A DNA stretch of 63,424 nt, the filler included, from Folioceros fuciformis (taxonomy: Eukaryota), in assembly GCA_049999805.1 (NCBI GenBank). It is 5 parts of 5 records of this genome, joined end to end, with 100 filler letters (N's around TTAATTAATTAA, not from the genome) between each part and the next. Parts side by side here need not be neighbours in the genome. Positions count along the whole stretch, not along the records: positions 16,508 to 42,902 come from JBNGIO010001451.1; positions 43,003 to 54,244 come from JBNGIO010001454.1; 3 more parts are not named here. One strand, written 5' to 3'. A model generated the notes under the pieces. It was not told the origin of the DNA and searched no databases. It saw only the letters and a list, made by a program, of their open reading frames with translations. This document shows positions 32,792 to 44,526 of the stretch, piece by piece. The first letter of the stretch is position 1. Every line of letters begins with the position of its first letter. Made by a program: the position numbers and the translations under genes.

Positions 32792-33748
32792 CTAAGCAGA
32801 GGAATGGAGCACAGAACTAACCTCTGAACATAGGCGCACTCCGAGGTATTCCAGATGGTCAGAGATGCTATTTCCAACCACCGACCTGCTACAAGTAGGG
32901 TCTTCCCCAGAGCTATCACAAACACGCTCGAACTCCATGTTCAATATCCCCAAGGAAATTCTGTATATCCACACCTCGGTTGCAAAGTGGTGATAAGTCT
33001 TCTGCGCCATAAGAGAATAGTAAGGAGGAAGATGGGGAACCAAGTCTTGAGCATGGGTCATTCGAATTGTGGCAGGCACCAACGCACTGTAATATGCGGC
33101 GAACACAGAATTCCCTATCCTGGGTTGCCCGAACGTGACGACCTGTATATCCCGTTGTCCGAAGTTTGCAGCCAAGTCGATGGCGATGAAGGAAGCTACA
33201 GCTCCCCCCATGGAATGCCCTGTGATCATGATGCTCAGATCCTTCCTCTTAAGCTGGATGTCGTGCACAGCTTCCAGAATGCTGGGTCTGAGAGTGGTGT
33301 TGTGGTAAGCGGAGTAGAATCCTTGATGAACCATGGCATCAGACACCCCAGGGTAATTCAGATCCAGTTGCTTGAAGAAGAGGTCTTCGGCCCAATTTTG
33401 AAGACTGCTCTCTTGGGTTCCTCTTACCGCAATCACAATCGCCTTCAGGTCTTCAGCCACCCCCACAAAAGCTTGAAGACAGTGCGCGGTATCAACAATC
33501 AGCTCCCTGATTCCAAATCCCTTCGTCAAACCCTTGCATCTCGAGCAACTCCAAGACAGCAACGACAACTGATCCTGTATGTACACAGCTGAGGCATATT
33601 CCGCGAGGTACAAAGCAAGAGTCCTGTTATATGCACAATTGATCGGCCTACTCAGCATCGGTACTCGCAAAACTGGTCTCCCGGCCACTGCTGCCACCAA
33701 CAACAAAGCCCACAAGGCAATCCATCGCCACCTGCACAAGCCTCCCAT
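32792..33748 (-). CDS. Class-3 (fungal-type) triacylglycerol lipase, coding region in one exon
   Basis: Signal peptide; TGHSMGG nucleophile elbow; TFGQPRIGN, DLVPHLPP, ISDHLEYLG. Confidence 0.92.
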   Translation of the reverse strand: MGGLCRWRWIALWALLLVAAVAGRPVLRVPMLSRPINCAYNRTLALYLAEYASAVYIQDQLSLLSWSCSRCKGLTKGFGIRELIVDTAHCLQAFVGVAEDLKAIVIAVRGTQESSLQNWAEDLFFKQLDLNYPGVSDAMVHQGFYSAYHNTTLRPSILEAVHDIQLKRKDLSIMITGHSMGGAVASFIAIDLAANFGQRDIQVVTFGQPRIGNSVFAAYYSALVPATIRMTHAQDLVPHLPPYYSLMAQKTYHHFATEVWIYRISLGILNMEFERVCDSSGEDPTCSRSVVGNSISDHLEYLGVRLCSEVSSVLHSSA

Positions 33749-34405
33749 CCTACAAACTCGAAGCACACAACATCTGACAAGACTCCCCTCCCCGCTCTCC
33801 AAAAGCTGAGGAGCGAAGAAGCTCTCCCAGACGGAACCAGAGTACGACCAGGCTCTGCCGTCTCCTCCAATTGGCACACAACCGCACCCTCCACATCTGG
33901 AGCTGATGTGAGTTGAACATGTCTTACGTATGTATGTAAAGCAATTCTTTTGGAAAAGTCGTGGTGCTGAGGTGGTAGCTTCTGATCAGATATGTGTAAG
34001 ATGCGCCTGCATATGCTATAAAGGTCCGAGGACGAGCTGGCACCGTCTGGCGATGCTTCTGGAAGAAACGGTGAACCAGGAACGATGGGGAGAGGCGGTG
34101 GGTGGTTTGCTTCCCGTGTTTTTCGAGGCAGGGACAGGGTTGACAGCCCGGTGCAAGCATGGGGGAGACACTTCTCGGGTTTACGGGGGTTAGCGAGGCA
34201 ATCCACGTCCGCAGTCCTGTCCGGTGAGTGTGTGACTCGATGGCGAAGCACAACCATTTTCGTTGTTGCTTTGTTTTGCAACTGAAGAACGAAGGGTGTG
34301 AGGTGCCAGCGGAGCCAAAGGGACGGGAGGCAGAAGTGTGGAGCGACCTCTCTCGTTGCCGGGGAATCGGCTGGAGCACGGAAAGCCTTTTCAGCGATTG
34401 GTGGC

Positions 34406-36887
34406 ATGGTGGGCGGGGAGCTGGCCAGATGGTGGCGGGTCATTTATCAGTGGCCACGTTGCAGGAAGAGCGTGGGTATTCTCACTGCGTGCACCGTGCA
34501 AGAAATCACGACAGTGCCTTGCTCAAGCTTGAGGACGATGTCGGAGCTTGTTCAGCCAGGTCAGGGTGTTCGGCTTCTTTTTGGGTTGATTGTATACTGG
34601 ATTGGATTGTGTCGGATGTGACTACACTTGTCCCTTCTCAGGGTTTTCTGAATCTTGCAGGGTTGCAGGACCTGAATCTGGGACATGGTCAAGGTTCCTG
34701 GAGGAGGGGAAGCTCAGTGATGCTATTGAAGCGTTGGAGCTGATAGCTAGCGAAGGGTCTCATGTTTCACAGAACATGCTTTATCCAGTCATCCGCAGGT
34801 GCGTTGAAAGTAGAGATCTGGAGGTTGGAAGGCGTGTTTATGCTCTTAGTTCTAGAAGTTGCAATGAGTCAAACACGTTCTTTTGTAACCAGATCATCCG
34901 TATGTATGCTGTTCATGGAAAGTTGGAGGAGGCAGCACAGGTGTTTAGGGATCTGGTTGCACCGGATGTCTTTTCCTGGAGTTCTATAATTGCGGCACAT
35001 GCTGAACGAGGGCAACCTGCGCAGGCCATAGAGCTGTATAAGGAGATGCGGACGTCTGGGGTGAAGCCGGACAACCATGTGTATGTAGCTGTCCTCAAAG
35101 CGTGTAACCGTGCAGCAGATTTGACGTTTGGGAAGGAGGTGCATGAGGATGTTGTAATGGGCGAAGGCGTGACAAATCTGTTTGTTGGTAGCTCCCTCAT
35201 TGACATGTATGCGACATGCGGGAATGTGGAGGATGCGCGGATGGTGTTTGATTCTCTGCCGAGTAAGAACATTGTGACATGGAATGCCATTGTCAGTGCG
35301 TACGCGAGAAGGGGCGATTTAGAGGAAGCTCGGCAATTGTTTGACCGAATGCCCTCAAGGAATTCTGTGTCATGGACTGCTATGTTATCAGGATATGCTC
35401 AACATGGGGCCGGTCAAGAAGCTCTCACCCTTTATGCAAGTATGCAGAAGGAGGGAGGCGTTGCAGGCGGTCGTGTCATGCTCCTCTCCCTGCTAAAAGC
35501 ATGTGCCAGTGCCAGAGAATTGCAGCAAGGAAAGCAGCTCCACACAGAAATTCGGGAAAGACGGCTAGAATCGGATGTGGTCATTGGCAGCAGCTTGGTG
35601 GACATGTATGCAAAATGTGGAAGCTTAGAGGATGCTCGCAGGATTTTTGATAGATTGTCCAGACGGGATGTGGTAACTTGGACTGCCATGATTGCTGGCT
35701 ATGTAGAGCAGGGGCTTGGACAAGAAGCTCTTGCGCTCTACAGTAGTATGCAAAAGGAAGCCATGGCTCGAGCTGACAACGTCACATTTGTCTTGCTCCT
35801 GAAGGCATGTGCTAGTGTAGGAGCTCTGGTCCAAGGAAAGCAGCTCCATTCCCAAATCAAAAATAGAGGACTCGAAATGGACGTGAACATCGGCAACAGC
35901 TTGGTGGATATGTATGCAAAATGCGGCAGATTACTGGATGCCTGTAACACCTTCAGTCGACTTCCAGCACCAGATGTCGTGACTTGGAATGCTCTTATCA
36001 ATGGCTATGCGCAACATAACGACTGCCAACGAGCTCTGCAGTGCTTCCGGGAGATGCAGCTGCGTGGAGTTGAGCCTGATGAAGCAACTTTCTCGTGCCT
36101 TCTTGTAGCGTGCAGCCATGCGGGCCTGGTGCAAGAAGGTGAGAAGTGTTTCAAGATGATGGAACACCATTGCATTGTGCCAACTCTCCAACATTACACC
36201 TGCATGGTGGATCTTCTTGCTCGATCTGGCCACCTCGTGGATGCCGAAAATCTGGTGCTGTCCATGCCCTATGAGAGTGATGCTGTAACGTGGGTATCGT
36301 TGCTGAGTGCTTGCAAAACTTATGCTGATGCGGAGCGTGGTGAGCGATGCTTCGAGCAACTCATCAAACTGGAGCCTGGAAACGGAACGGGGTATGTGCT
36401 TATGGCAAGTATCTATGCGAAAGCAAGTATGTGGAATGGTGTACACAGGGTAGAGAAATTGAGGAAGTCTGCAGGCGCGTTTAGGAAGCCTGCCAAGGCT
36501 TGGATCGAGGTAAAGAGCGAAGTGCATACTTTCACCGTGGGGGATGACAGACAAGATATTTCCTCAAAAGTCAAGAGTGTGAATTTGCGACTGAAAGAGG
36601 AAGGGGGGCACGTTCCACATACAGATTTAGTGCTGAAGCCAATTTCTGAAGTAGAAAAAGAGGATGCTCTATGCGGCCATGCTGAGAAACTTGCTTTGGC
36701 CTTCGGCCTCCTGAACACTCCAGATGGCACACCTTTGCTAGTCACGAAAAATTTGCGAATGTGCGAAGACTGTCACAGTGGCACCAAAATTATGTCCAAA
36801 CTCGAAAAACGGCAAATTATAGTTCGAGATGTGCACAGCGTTCACCAATTTGTGGACGGGGTTTGCTCCTGTGAGCATCGCTGGTGA
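34406..36887 (+). CDS. PLS-class PPR protein with E1/E2 and a DYW:KP-type deaminase domain; exons 34406-34559 and 34642-36887
   Basis: About 15 P/L/S/SS motifs, then KPAKAWIE, HAEKLALAFGL, KNLRMCEDCH and terminal CSCEHRW. The first exon is inferred from an in-frame GT-AG join. Confidence 0.93.
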
Positions 36888-36977
36888 CAGGTACTCGTCT
36901 AGTATCTATCTCGCAGAGTGACACTGGCTTCTGTTCAACTTGTCCAGAGCTGGAATGGTGTCGGCATATTTCTTGCA

Positions 36978-38909
36978 TCAGGTTGCAAAGCTGCTATGCG
37001 CCTTCCAGTTGAAATCACTTGCAGCACGGTTTACCACGGCCGTAGCAATTGCCAAGGAGGCTGTGCAGCCTGGCGAGGGAGCGTTCCTCACATTCAGCAC
37101 ATTTCCAGACTTGCCGTTCTCGAAAATGAAGTCGCCAACAATCTTCCCTGTGCTATCTATTGCGACAGCATGCACACCAGCCCACCCAGTGGTTGTGTGT
37201 TCGACTCTCAACGATGGACAGTACCTGCGAAAAGAGCTCTAAGAGGTAAGCATAGGAGATGCCACCTGCGGCAAAGACGATGACAGGACAATAGAGTGCA
37301 GTCTAAACGTACCTCTGTGCTTCCCCCGCAAAGGCTCGTGCACTCAGGTCCCGCCAGATCTCCTGAAGGACAATTCCAGGATTCTTTAATACTAGCTTCC
37401 AAAGACCTCCGTTGATCGCAAATCGAGCAGCATCTTTAATATTTATGTCCCAAAACTTGTAACCTTCTTTAGACAGGGCAAGGGCAGCGTTTGGTCCTAT
37501 CAAAACCCTGCCATCGACTCGCGGAGTCAGATGTACCCCTACCATTGGGAACCTGCAGGCCATGGATCACCTTGTGTTAGCGCAGTTTTGGTGAGAGATC
37601 CTTCCTCAGAACAGGGACCACTTTGTTTTCGGCACACTCCACTTCCTCAAAAAGCACAGAAGAATTTCCCATTGAAGATGCTTACGGCGGTACTTACTTT
37701 GGATCAGGCACAGGGTAGATATTACGGGTGATGATATTTCGAAATTCAGGCTTCAATTCGTAGTACGTCCCACGAAAGGGAAGGACCAAAGGACCCTTGG
37801 CTCCCCCAGCCATGCGGCCAACATGGTCACCATACAGACCCCCGCAAGTGATTAACCATCTTGCCTTCACTTTCTTTCCACTCTTATTGTGAAGCTCCAC
37901 TCCTCTATTTTCATCCGCATCAATAGCCACTACCTCGAATCTGTAACGCGTAGCAGAAACACATGTTGAGGTTATTCTCCTGCAAGCTATCCTGAGCTCT
38001 GAACTAGGTGCATCAACCACTTCGGCGAAAACCACTGACATGGAAACATACCCCTGGCGAATTGTTCCACGCCCCGTTGCCAAAACGTCCTCAGCATAGG
38101 CAAGTCCTACAGAGGGATAGTCCACGATTCCTGTGTTCGGAGAGTGAAGAGCCTGTAAAGCCCTAACATTGGGCTCCAGATCTTGAATCTGCTTTGAGTT
38201 CAGCAGCTCCAGTCCTTCAACTTTGTTGGTAGTCGCCCGTTCGTAAAGTTCATGAAGGATAGGCAACTCCTCCTCTCTGGTGGCCACAATAAGCTTTCCA
38301 ACTCGCTTGTGAGGAAGATTCTTCCTTTCACAATACTCGTACAGCCGGCGTGCACCGTCGACACACAAGGTGGCCATATCACTCCCAGGCGTGTAGTAAA
38401 TCCCTGCGTGGATCACTCCACTGGACCCAACGATCTACAGGTGTGAGCTTCTCATCTTGCACAACAGGTCTACCAATTTGACATCCGGCTAACAAGCGCA
38501 CCGAACAAAACAGAACAGGTCCACCAATTCGAGACGCGATCAACAACAGCTATTGAACAAACCTGTTGTGCGACGTCTGATGAGGAACCAAACGGTCCTC
38601 CTTCTCAACCACAACAACACTGGCCCGCGGGAATTTGAGGACAATCTCGCGAGCTGTTGCCAAACCTACAATTCCAGCTCCCACGATCGCAACATCTGCA
38701 TCCACCCCTTCTTTGCTGCCTCCATCTTCGGAACTGCTGCTCCACCTGCGGCCCTCATGTTCCAAAGGATGCAGCAGCTGCTGGTGCTGCAAATCGTACA
38801 AAATTGTCTGATTTTGCCTCGATCTGAAACCGTGATTGTAAGCTGAACCAATAATTCTCTGAGCTCTTCCCAAAGCTCCAGCTCCTGCCATTACGCTCGT
38901 GGATCGCAT
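36978..38909 (-). CDS. L-2-hydroxyglutarate dehydrogenase/oxidase-like FAD enzyme (LhgO type), probably mitochondrial
   Basis: IVGAGIVG, HQTSHNSGVIHAGIYY, GKLIVA, PFRGTY, IYPVPDP.FPMVGVHLTP, NAPSPGCTASLAIA. Confidence 0.88.
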
Positions 38910-39487
38910 CCGCAATGTCTACTCACCTTACGACAACCCGGGATCCGGTTTCACAAGGAGTCCATTTGCAAACAACAGCAACCCCACCCACAGCCGGGAG
39001 TGACAAAACAAGTGTCAACTGTCCATGCCCGTCAGCGGAATGTGCAGAGCGTCATCACACGCACGTGGCGAACAAGCATCATATTATGTAGAACTAAGCG
39101 AACATAGTTAATCCTAACTTACGGAAGTTCCTTCGGACCGAAAGCGAATTGATTCACGTTCCTTCTCATTTTCCAGTTCATACGTTAACATTGGAGAAAA
39201 CAGAAGGGAAATATCCATCTTCTCCATCCGAGGGAAATGTAATCCATAGTCACGAGGGTGCCTACCTTTAGAGTTGCTTATACCGTCTTCTTTGCAAATG
39301 ATGTCATCTCATAAGCTATATATATATGCAACTACCTTAGCAAGGTCATCAACACCCGCTATAGAAAACACAATACAAGACAAAGGACGGCCAACTCAAG
39401 CCTTCTTTTTATCATACACCTTGGCACATTTCTCAAAATTGGTATGCCTTGGCACAATCCTCCAAATTGGGAAAGTTATCACTAGAG

Positions 39488-39650
39488 CCAAATCCTCCTC
39501 AAGAGCCGGATTCACAAACTTTTGTATAAAGATCAGAGGCTCATTATGACCCCCAACACCTAGAGAGAACCAAATCCTCCTCAAGAGCCACATTCACAAA
39601 CTATTATATAAAGATTAGAGGCCTCATTAAGATCCCCAACACCTAAAGAC
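39488..39650 (+). repeat. Two-copy tandem duplication, unit about 82 bp
   Basis: CCAAATCCTCCTCAAGAGCC...CCCCAACACCTA starts at 39488 and again at 39570. Confidence 0.8.
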
Positions 39651-39849
39651 CTTGTGAGACAGCACCAAATCAAAAGCCTCACCTTTGGGGGATACCAATT
39701 GAAGTCCAAATTTAAAGGAGCTTGATAACATAGCGTTGTCGCCGCTTAGGGAAACTCATATTTGGAACCATCATTTTACGTTGGTTGGTTGCTTCTTTGT
39801 AGTCTAATGTCAAGCCAAAAATAACCATTGGAGGATTACTCCGATGGCC

Positions 39850-42800
39850 CGCCGGACTTGTCTTCGGAGTTCGAAGAGAAAACTTGGCTTTCTAGTAAAT
39901 GGTTATTTTGAAGAACCCGGGTTCATTGGAATAGAAGACATGCCAAACTCCAGGCTATTAACTGGACAAATGGACTGACAATAAGGACGATCCGTTCAAG
40001 TTCCAATACCTTGCCATCATGTAGAAAGCAGGGCGTAACTGTTCCGGACAGTTGCAGACGTACTAGCGATGGCGGGCGTAAGGTTTTACGCCAGCGTATG
40101 CTAGCCAATATGCCCCACTCTCTTCCCTCTCCCACCTAACACCCTACCTAGGCATCATTTCGGTCTCTTCGTTTCGCTCCGTCCTCCTTCTGCTCCAGTC
40201 CACCTTCCCACGCCTTCCCCATTTTCCTTTTGCTCCAGTCCACCTTCCCACGCCTTCCCCATTTTTTTCCCGCTTTCAGTTTCACCCCCCATTTTCTCTT
40301 GGAACTCGGTGCAGCACTGCTCTCCGCTTCCTTTTTACACTCTCCAGCTTGCATGATTCCTTCGCCATGTCTCTAGGACAGTTCCTCGAAATCAGTAGCA
40401 CTTGGAGGCTCAGCGTGGAGCAGATTCAAACACACTCCTACCCAAACTTTGTACCTTGGATAGTAGCAGCAGGGGACCTCATGGAGCAATAAGAATTGGG
40501 TATCTTCCAATTCCTGTGGGGCATCAACTCCCTAGCCACCGTCCGAGAACTAGCTCGGACTATGCTACAGTGCGCTCGCGGCAAGCCTGCCTCCTCCAAG
40601 GTCTGGGACAATCCCACGCTGTGGACTGTCCAGATGATGCGCGAGGAAGAGGTGTATTGACGACCATCGGAGGAGCGTGGCAGGCTTCACCTTTACTTGC
40701 AGCACAACAAGGATTTGGTCAAGGAAGCAACGGCAACACTTTTGGAAGTGGACTCCACCAAAACTACCAACGGATGGTTAATCTATGACCTCACGAACCC
40801 TCGGATCAAGGTAGTGGCTCGTATGATTGTCAACTAGTTGTTGATGACAAAGACGGACCACATGGCGGACTGAGTACTCTTACTCCTTTACGGGTTGGCA
40901 CAGGGCACCCCAGTCCATTGAAGGAAGGTGGTAGCACATTGGATTCAATCCAATGTTAGAAAACTGAGGCAAGAGAAGCCACTTACTTTGGGCCTTTCAC
41001 CTTTCCTTTTCCATATATGGGACCACTACAAGGCGCTGACAAATTTGAAGAAAGCCTCTCTTGTTCGGTTGCTTCCTGCCTCAGCCCTTTCCTCCGTTGC
41101 TCCTCCACCGACCCCTAGGAAGAAGACCTTGGCGCTGACAACCCAACCCAAGGCCATCCCTACCACTCCGATGCCGCTACCAGTTTTGGATCCCTCCAAA
41201 GATAGCCATGGAGCAGCCCATCATCGCCCTCCATGGGCTTCGCTCACAACTCCTTGACTAGACAACCTATGAAGCGGAAGGCGGAAGCACCATTGGCCTT
41301 GGCGCCTCCGCCTAAACGGCGGAACATCCGCGCCATGTCCACGGCGGGTAGGCGGATCCCGTTACGGAGTGCTCTGCCACCTACTAGTCTAGAGCCAGAA
41401 GACTTCTTGAATCCGGTACTCAGAATAGGAGGAGCATTCCAGGACTAGGGAGGAGGCGGACCGGATGGAGCTGGTTCGATTGGCTGCGCAACTAAACTAC
41501 AATGAGCGGCACTGGATCAAACCGTCCGGGGTTAAACGTCCACCTTCACCCCACGAAAGGAAGAAGGGGCGAGGACTCTGCTCCCCGAGCCCGCCACCCA
41601 TCGGAGTGATACCTCCTCTGGTTCCCAAATTGGCACCCAACCTGGCTCAGGAGGAGGTTGACTGACGCAGGACCTTGCCCCGATCCATAGTCCTGGAGGA
41701 TTTTATGAACGGGGGAATTACAGACCCAGAAGCCATGAGAAGAGCTATTTGGACATCTTTCAGGAGAGCACATATACCTCCCAAATACAGCTTTTATATC
41801 GGAGCCACTATGCAAGGAGCCACACAGGCAACACAGGAATAGTCACCAGCGTGGCTTAAGGACTGGTGTGGTCCTTCAGGCAAGTCGCAGCATGGGAGGG
41901 CAAGAATATCGCCCGCCAAAGAAGGAACATAGAGTTAGCCACTTTAAAGGAAAGGGCTACCGGCTACACCATCAAGCTGCAGGAGGAGTCCACTAAATAC
42001 TAGGAAGAGCGGGACAAGTGCCAACATGAGTTGGAAGAGTTGAAGTCCCAAGTGGTTGGACGAACTACGGACTTGGAGAAACAACTTAGTGTGGCACAGG
42101 GGCAGATTGAGAGGTCCCATGCTGCCATGGAGGCTATCCATGCGAAGGAGAGGCAAGTGTGGAAAAAGCGGGACACATACTCCTAAGAAACCTGTAGGCA
42201 GCACACAGTGGACCGGGATCGCTACCGGAAGGAGCAAAACTGGGCCCTCAAGGTAGAGAAAGAAGCCTCTCGGAAGCTAACCGACGTGGTTTGGCAGGTC
42301 AAGGAGATGCAAGGCAAGCTACGGATCGTGCACGTTGAGGAGAAGGCGGCACAGTAGAAGGTCCAGACCTTGAAGGCTGAGCTCACAAGGACTTGTCATG
42401 CTGTTGCTGTATGGGAAACAGAGCACCTAAGACTCTATGACTGGATACTGACTAGAGCATCCTGGGCATAAGCCCTGAATGCTGAAATGACTAGATACTG
42501 ACTGGAGCATCTCGGGCATAAGCCCTGATGCTGAAGTGCTTGATGATGTCATGTACATGGCCCATGGATGGCCTGCACATGACATGTATGCCATATATGC
42601 ATGTGTGCCATGTATGCATGCATATGGAGATGAAGGATGATATGTGATGTATGTGGACATGTGGCAGGTGATGTGTCATGGCGCATGCAACCTACATGCA
42701 TGGTTGTGCATGAAAGGCGCGGTGCCATGCCGCATATATAGATAGCAGATTTATATTAGAAGATATTAGAAAATACATAAAAATCATAAATCAAGGAAAG

Positions 42801-42902
42801 TAGGATTATAAAGTGCCCACCATCGACACGGGTGGACACTTCATCGAGAACTCCTGGGGGTTTTGCCTATATATGTAGGCACCCAGCCATGGATTCTCGG
42901 AT
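39850..42902 (+). mobile_element. Decayed probable gypsy-type LTR retrotransposon remnant with a disabled accessory ORF and LTR-like sequence
   Basis: The frame from ATG 40367 runs about 290 codons with 5 in-frame stops (...GTPVH*...LGLSPFLFHIW), then Pro-rich and coiled-coil-like tracts. Short tandem duplications at 40191-40265 and 42440-42538. No RT or integrase core is recognisable. Confidence 0.5.
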
Positions 42903-43002
42903 NNNNNNNNNNNNNNNNNNNNNNNNNNNNNNNNNNNNNNNNNNNNTTAATTAATTAANNNNNNNNNNNNNNNNNNNNNNNNNNNNNNNNNNNNNNNNNN
43001 NN
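42903..43002. other. Assembly spacer
   Basis: N-run with TTAATTAATTAA. Confidence 0.98.
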
Positions 43003-43908
43003 GCACCAAGGTGACGAATGGATACTTTCATACCGGACCCTTGACAGCCTGGACAGCGGGTAGAAGCACCAGACTTCGATCCCTTGCTGCCCCAATCAAA
43101 ACAGTTCGTCAGATAACTCACTAGACGAGTAGGTCAAACAAAAAAAATCCCTACACAACTGCACCGGAAGAACACCTAAACGCCAAGGAGCAGACTGTAC
43201 CCTTTGCACTTGGCGCACAGCACGTTTCTGGACAAAGAAAGCTTCTTCGAGGTACCATTATACAAGTCCTCCAGAGAAACCTTCAAAGAATGTACCACAT
43301 CCTCACCCCGTCTCTGCCGACGGCTCCCTTTCGCACTGCCCCCACCTGGCTCAACAAACGAAGAAAACAGACAAGGCCGCCTTAGCACAGCTTGAGCGGG
43401 ACCATCATCATGCCCTAATCAAGCATGCCAACAGCAGGACTCCAACATCCCGTAACTCCTATACCTCCAAAGTGGCCGCTGCTCCCTCCCCCAAAGAACT
43501 GCTCGAAGATGTCGAATGGATTATGGGCACCGCCTCCTCCCATTCCTTCCTTGAGCGCATCCTCCCCATACTGATCGTACAGCTCCCGTTTCTCCGGATC
43601 AGAAAGCACCTCGTAAGCCTGGGCTAGCTCCTTGAACTGCGAGAAAGCGAATCACCGTCAGGCGGGCTCGCCCTTCCCGTCCCCAAGCAACCGACTCCAA
43701 ACCACCAAACCTAGGCAGGGAAGCAGTCAGCAAAACGGATTCCTGAGCCCCGCACCTTCTCCGGGTCCCCGCCCTTGTCAGGATGGTTCTTAATAGCCGC
43801 CTTCCTGTAGGCCTTCTTCAGCTCGTCCTGGGACGCATTCTTGTTGACACCAAGCGTCTCGTAGTACTTGGTGTTGTCACTCTTCTTCGTATTCATACGC
43901 CCGAACAT
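43003..43908 (-). CDS. Type-I DnaJ (ATJ2/J3-like), copy 1, 3' end cut by the gap
   Basis: [14 protein letters not shown]...[15 protein letters not shown] region, [14 protein letters not shown]. Confidence 0.92.
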
Positions 43909-44526
43909 GGTTGCAGACTGCGGCGCACAAACACAGCTAAATCAAAAGACTCTCGTCGCACCAGCAATTCCAATCCCACCAACTGCCTCGCCGCCACAAT
44001 TCCAATCCCAGGAGCAGCCTACGGCGAAACTCGGTACGCTCGGTCACAACAGTACGGCGTCGAGGTTGGCCACGGGGCTAGTCTCGGGAGGCAGTGAAGC
44101 TACACCGCGCCTCTTCCGCAGACGCAACGTCGGTCTCAAAAGGAGTATGTTTCGCTAGAACCCGGCTTGATGTACTGCCACCGCATCAACCCTACGTTAC
44201 ACGTCCTGTGGCATTGGCTGGAAAGGGTTTCTTTAGTGAAAATAGATAGTGATATGTATACAACGGATAAAAAACCAGGACGAAGCCGGGGACGGCGTCC
44301 TCAGATTAGGTGGTCACAATTGGCATCGAATTTCGCTACTTGCTTTACTATTGACCAGTGAGTGGTTGTGGTGTACAGTCCAAGAGTGGAGTGAAAAATC
44401 CATTCCGTAGTTAGACTCGCGAGGAGGACCACCCGAGGTGGCTTTGTGACCAGACTAGCACTTCAGCGGGATGCAGTGATGAAACACACACAAGGGGGTG
44501 TGCTGGGCAGGAATGCGAGTGAGTGG

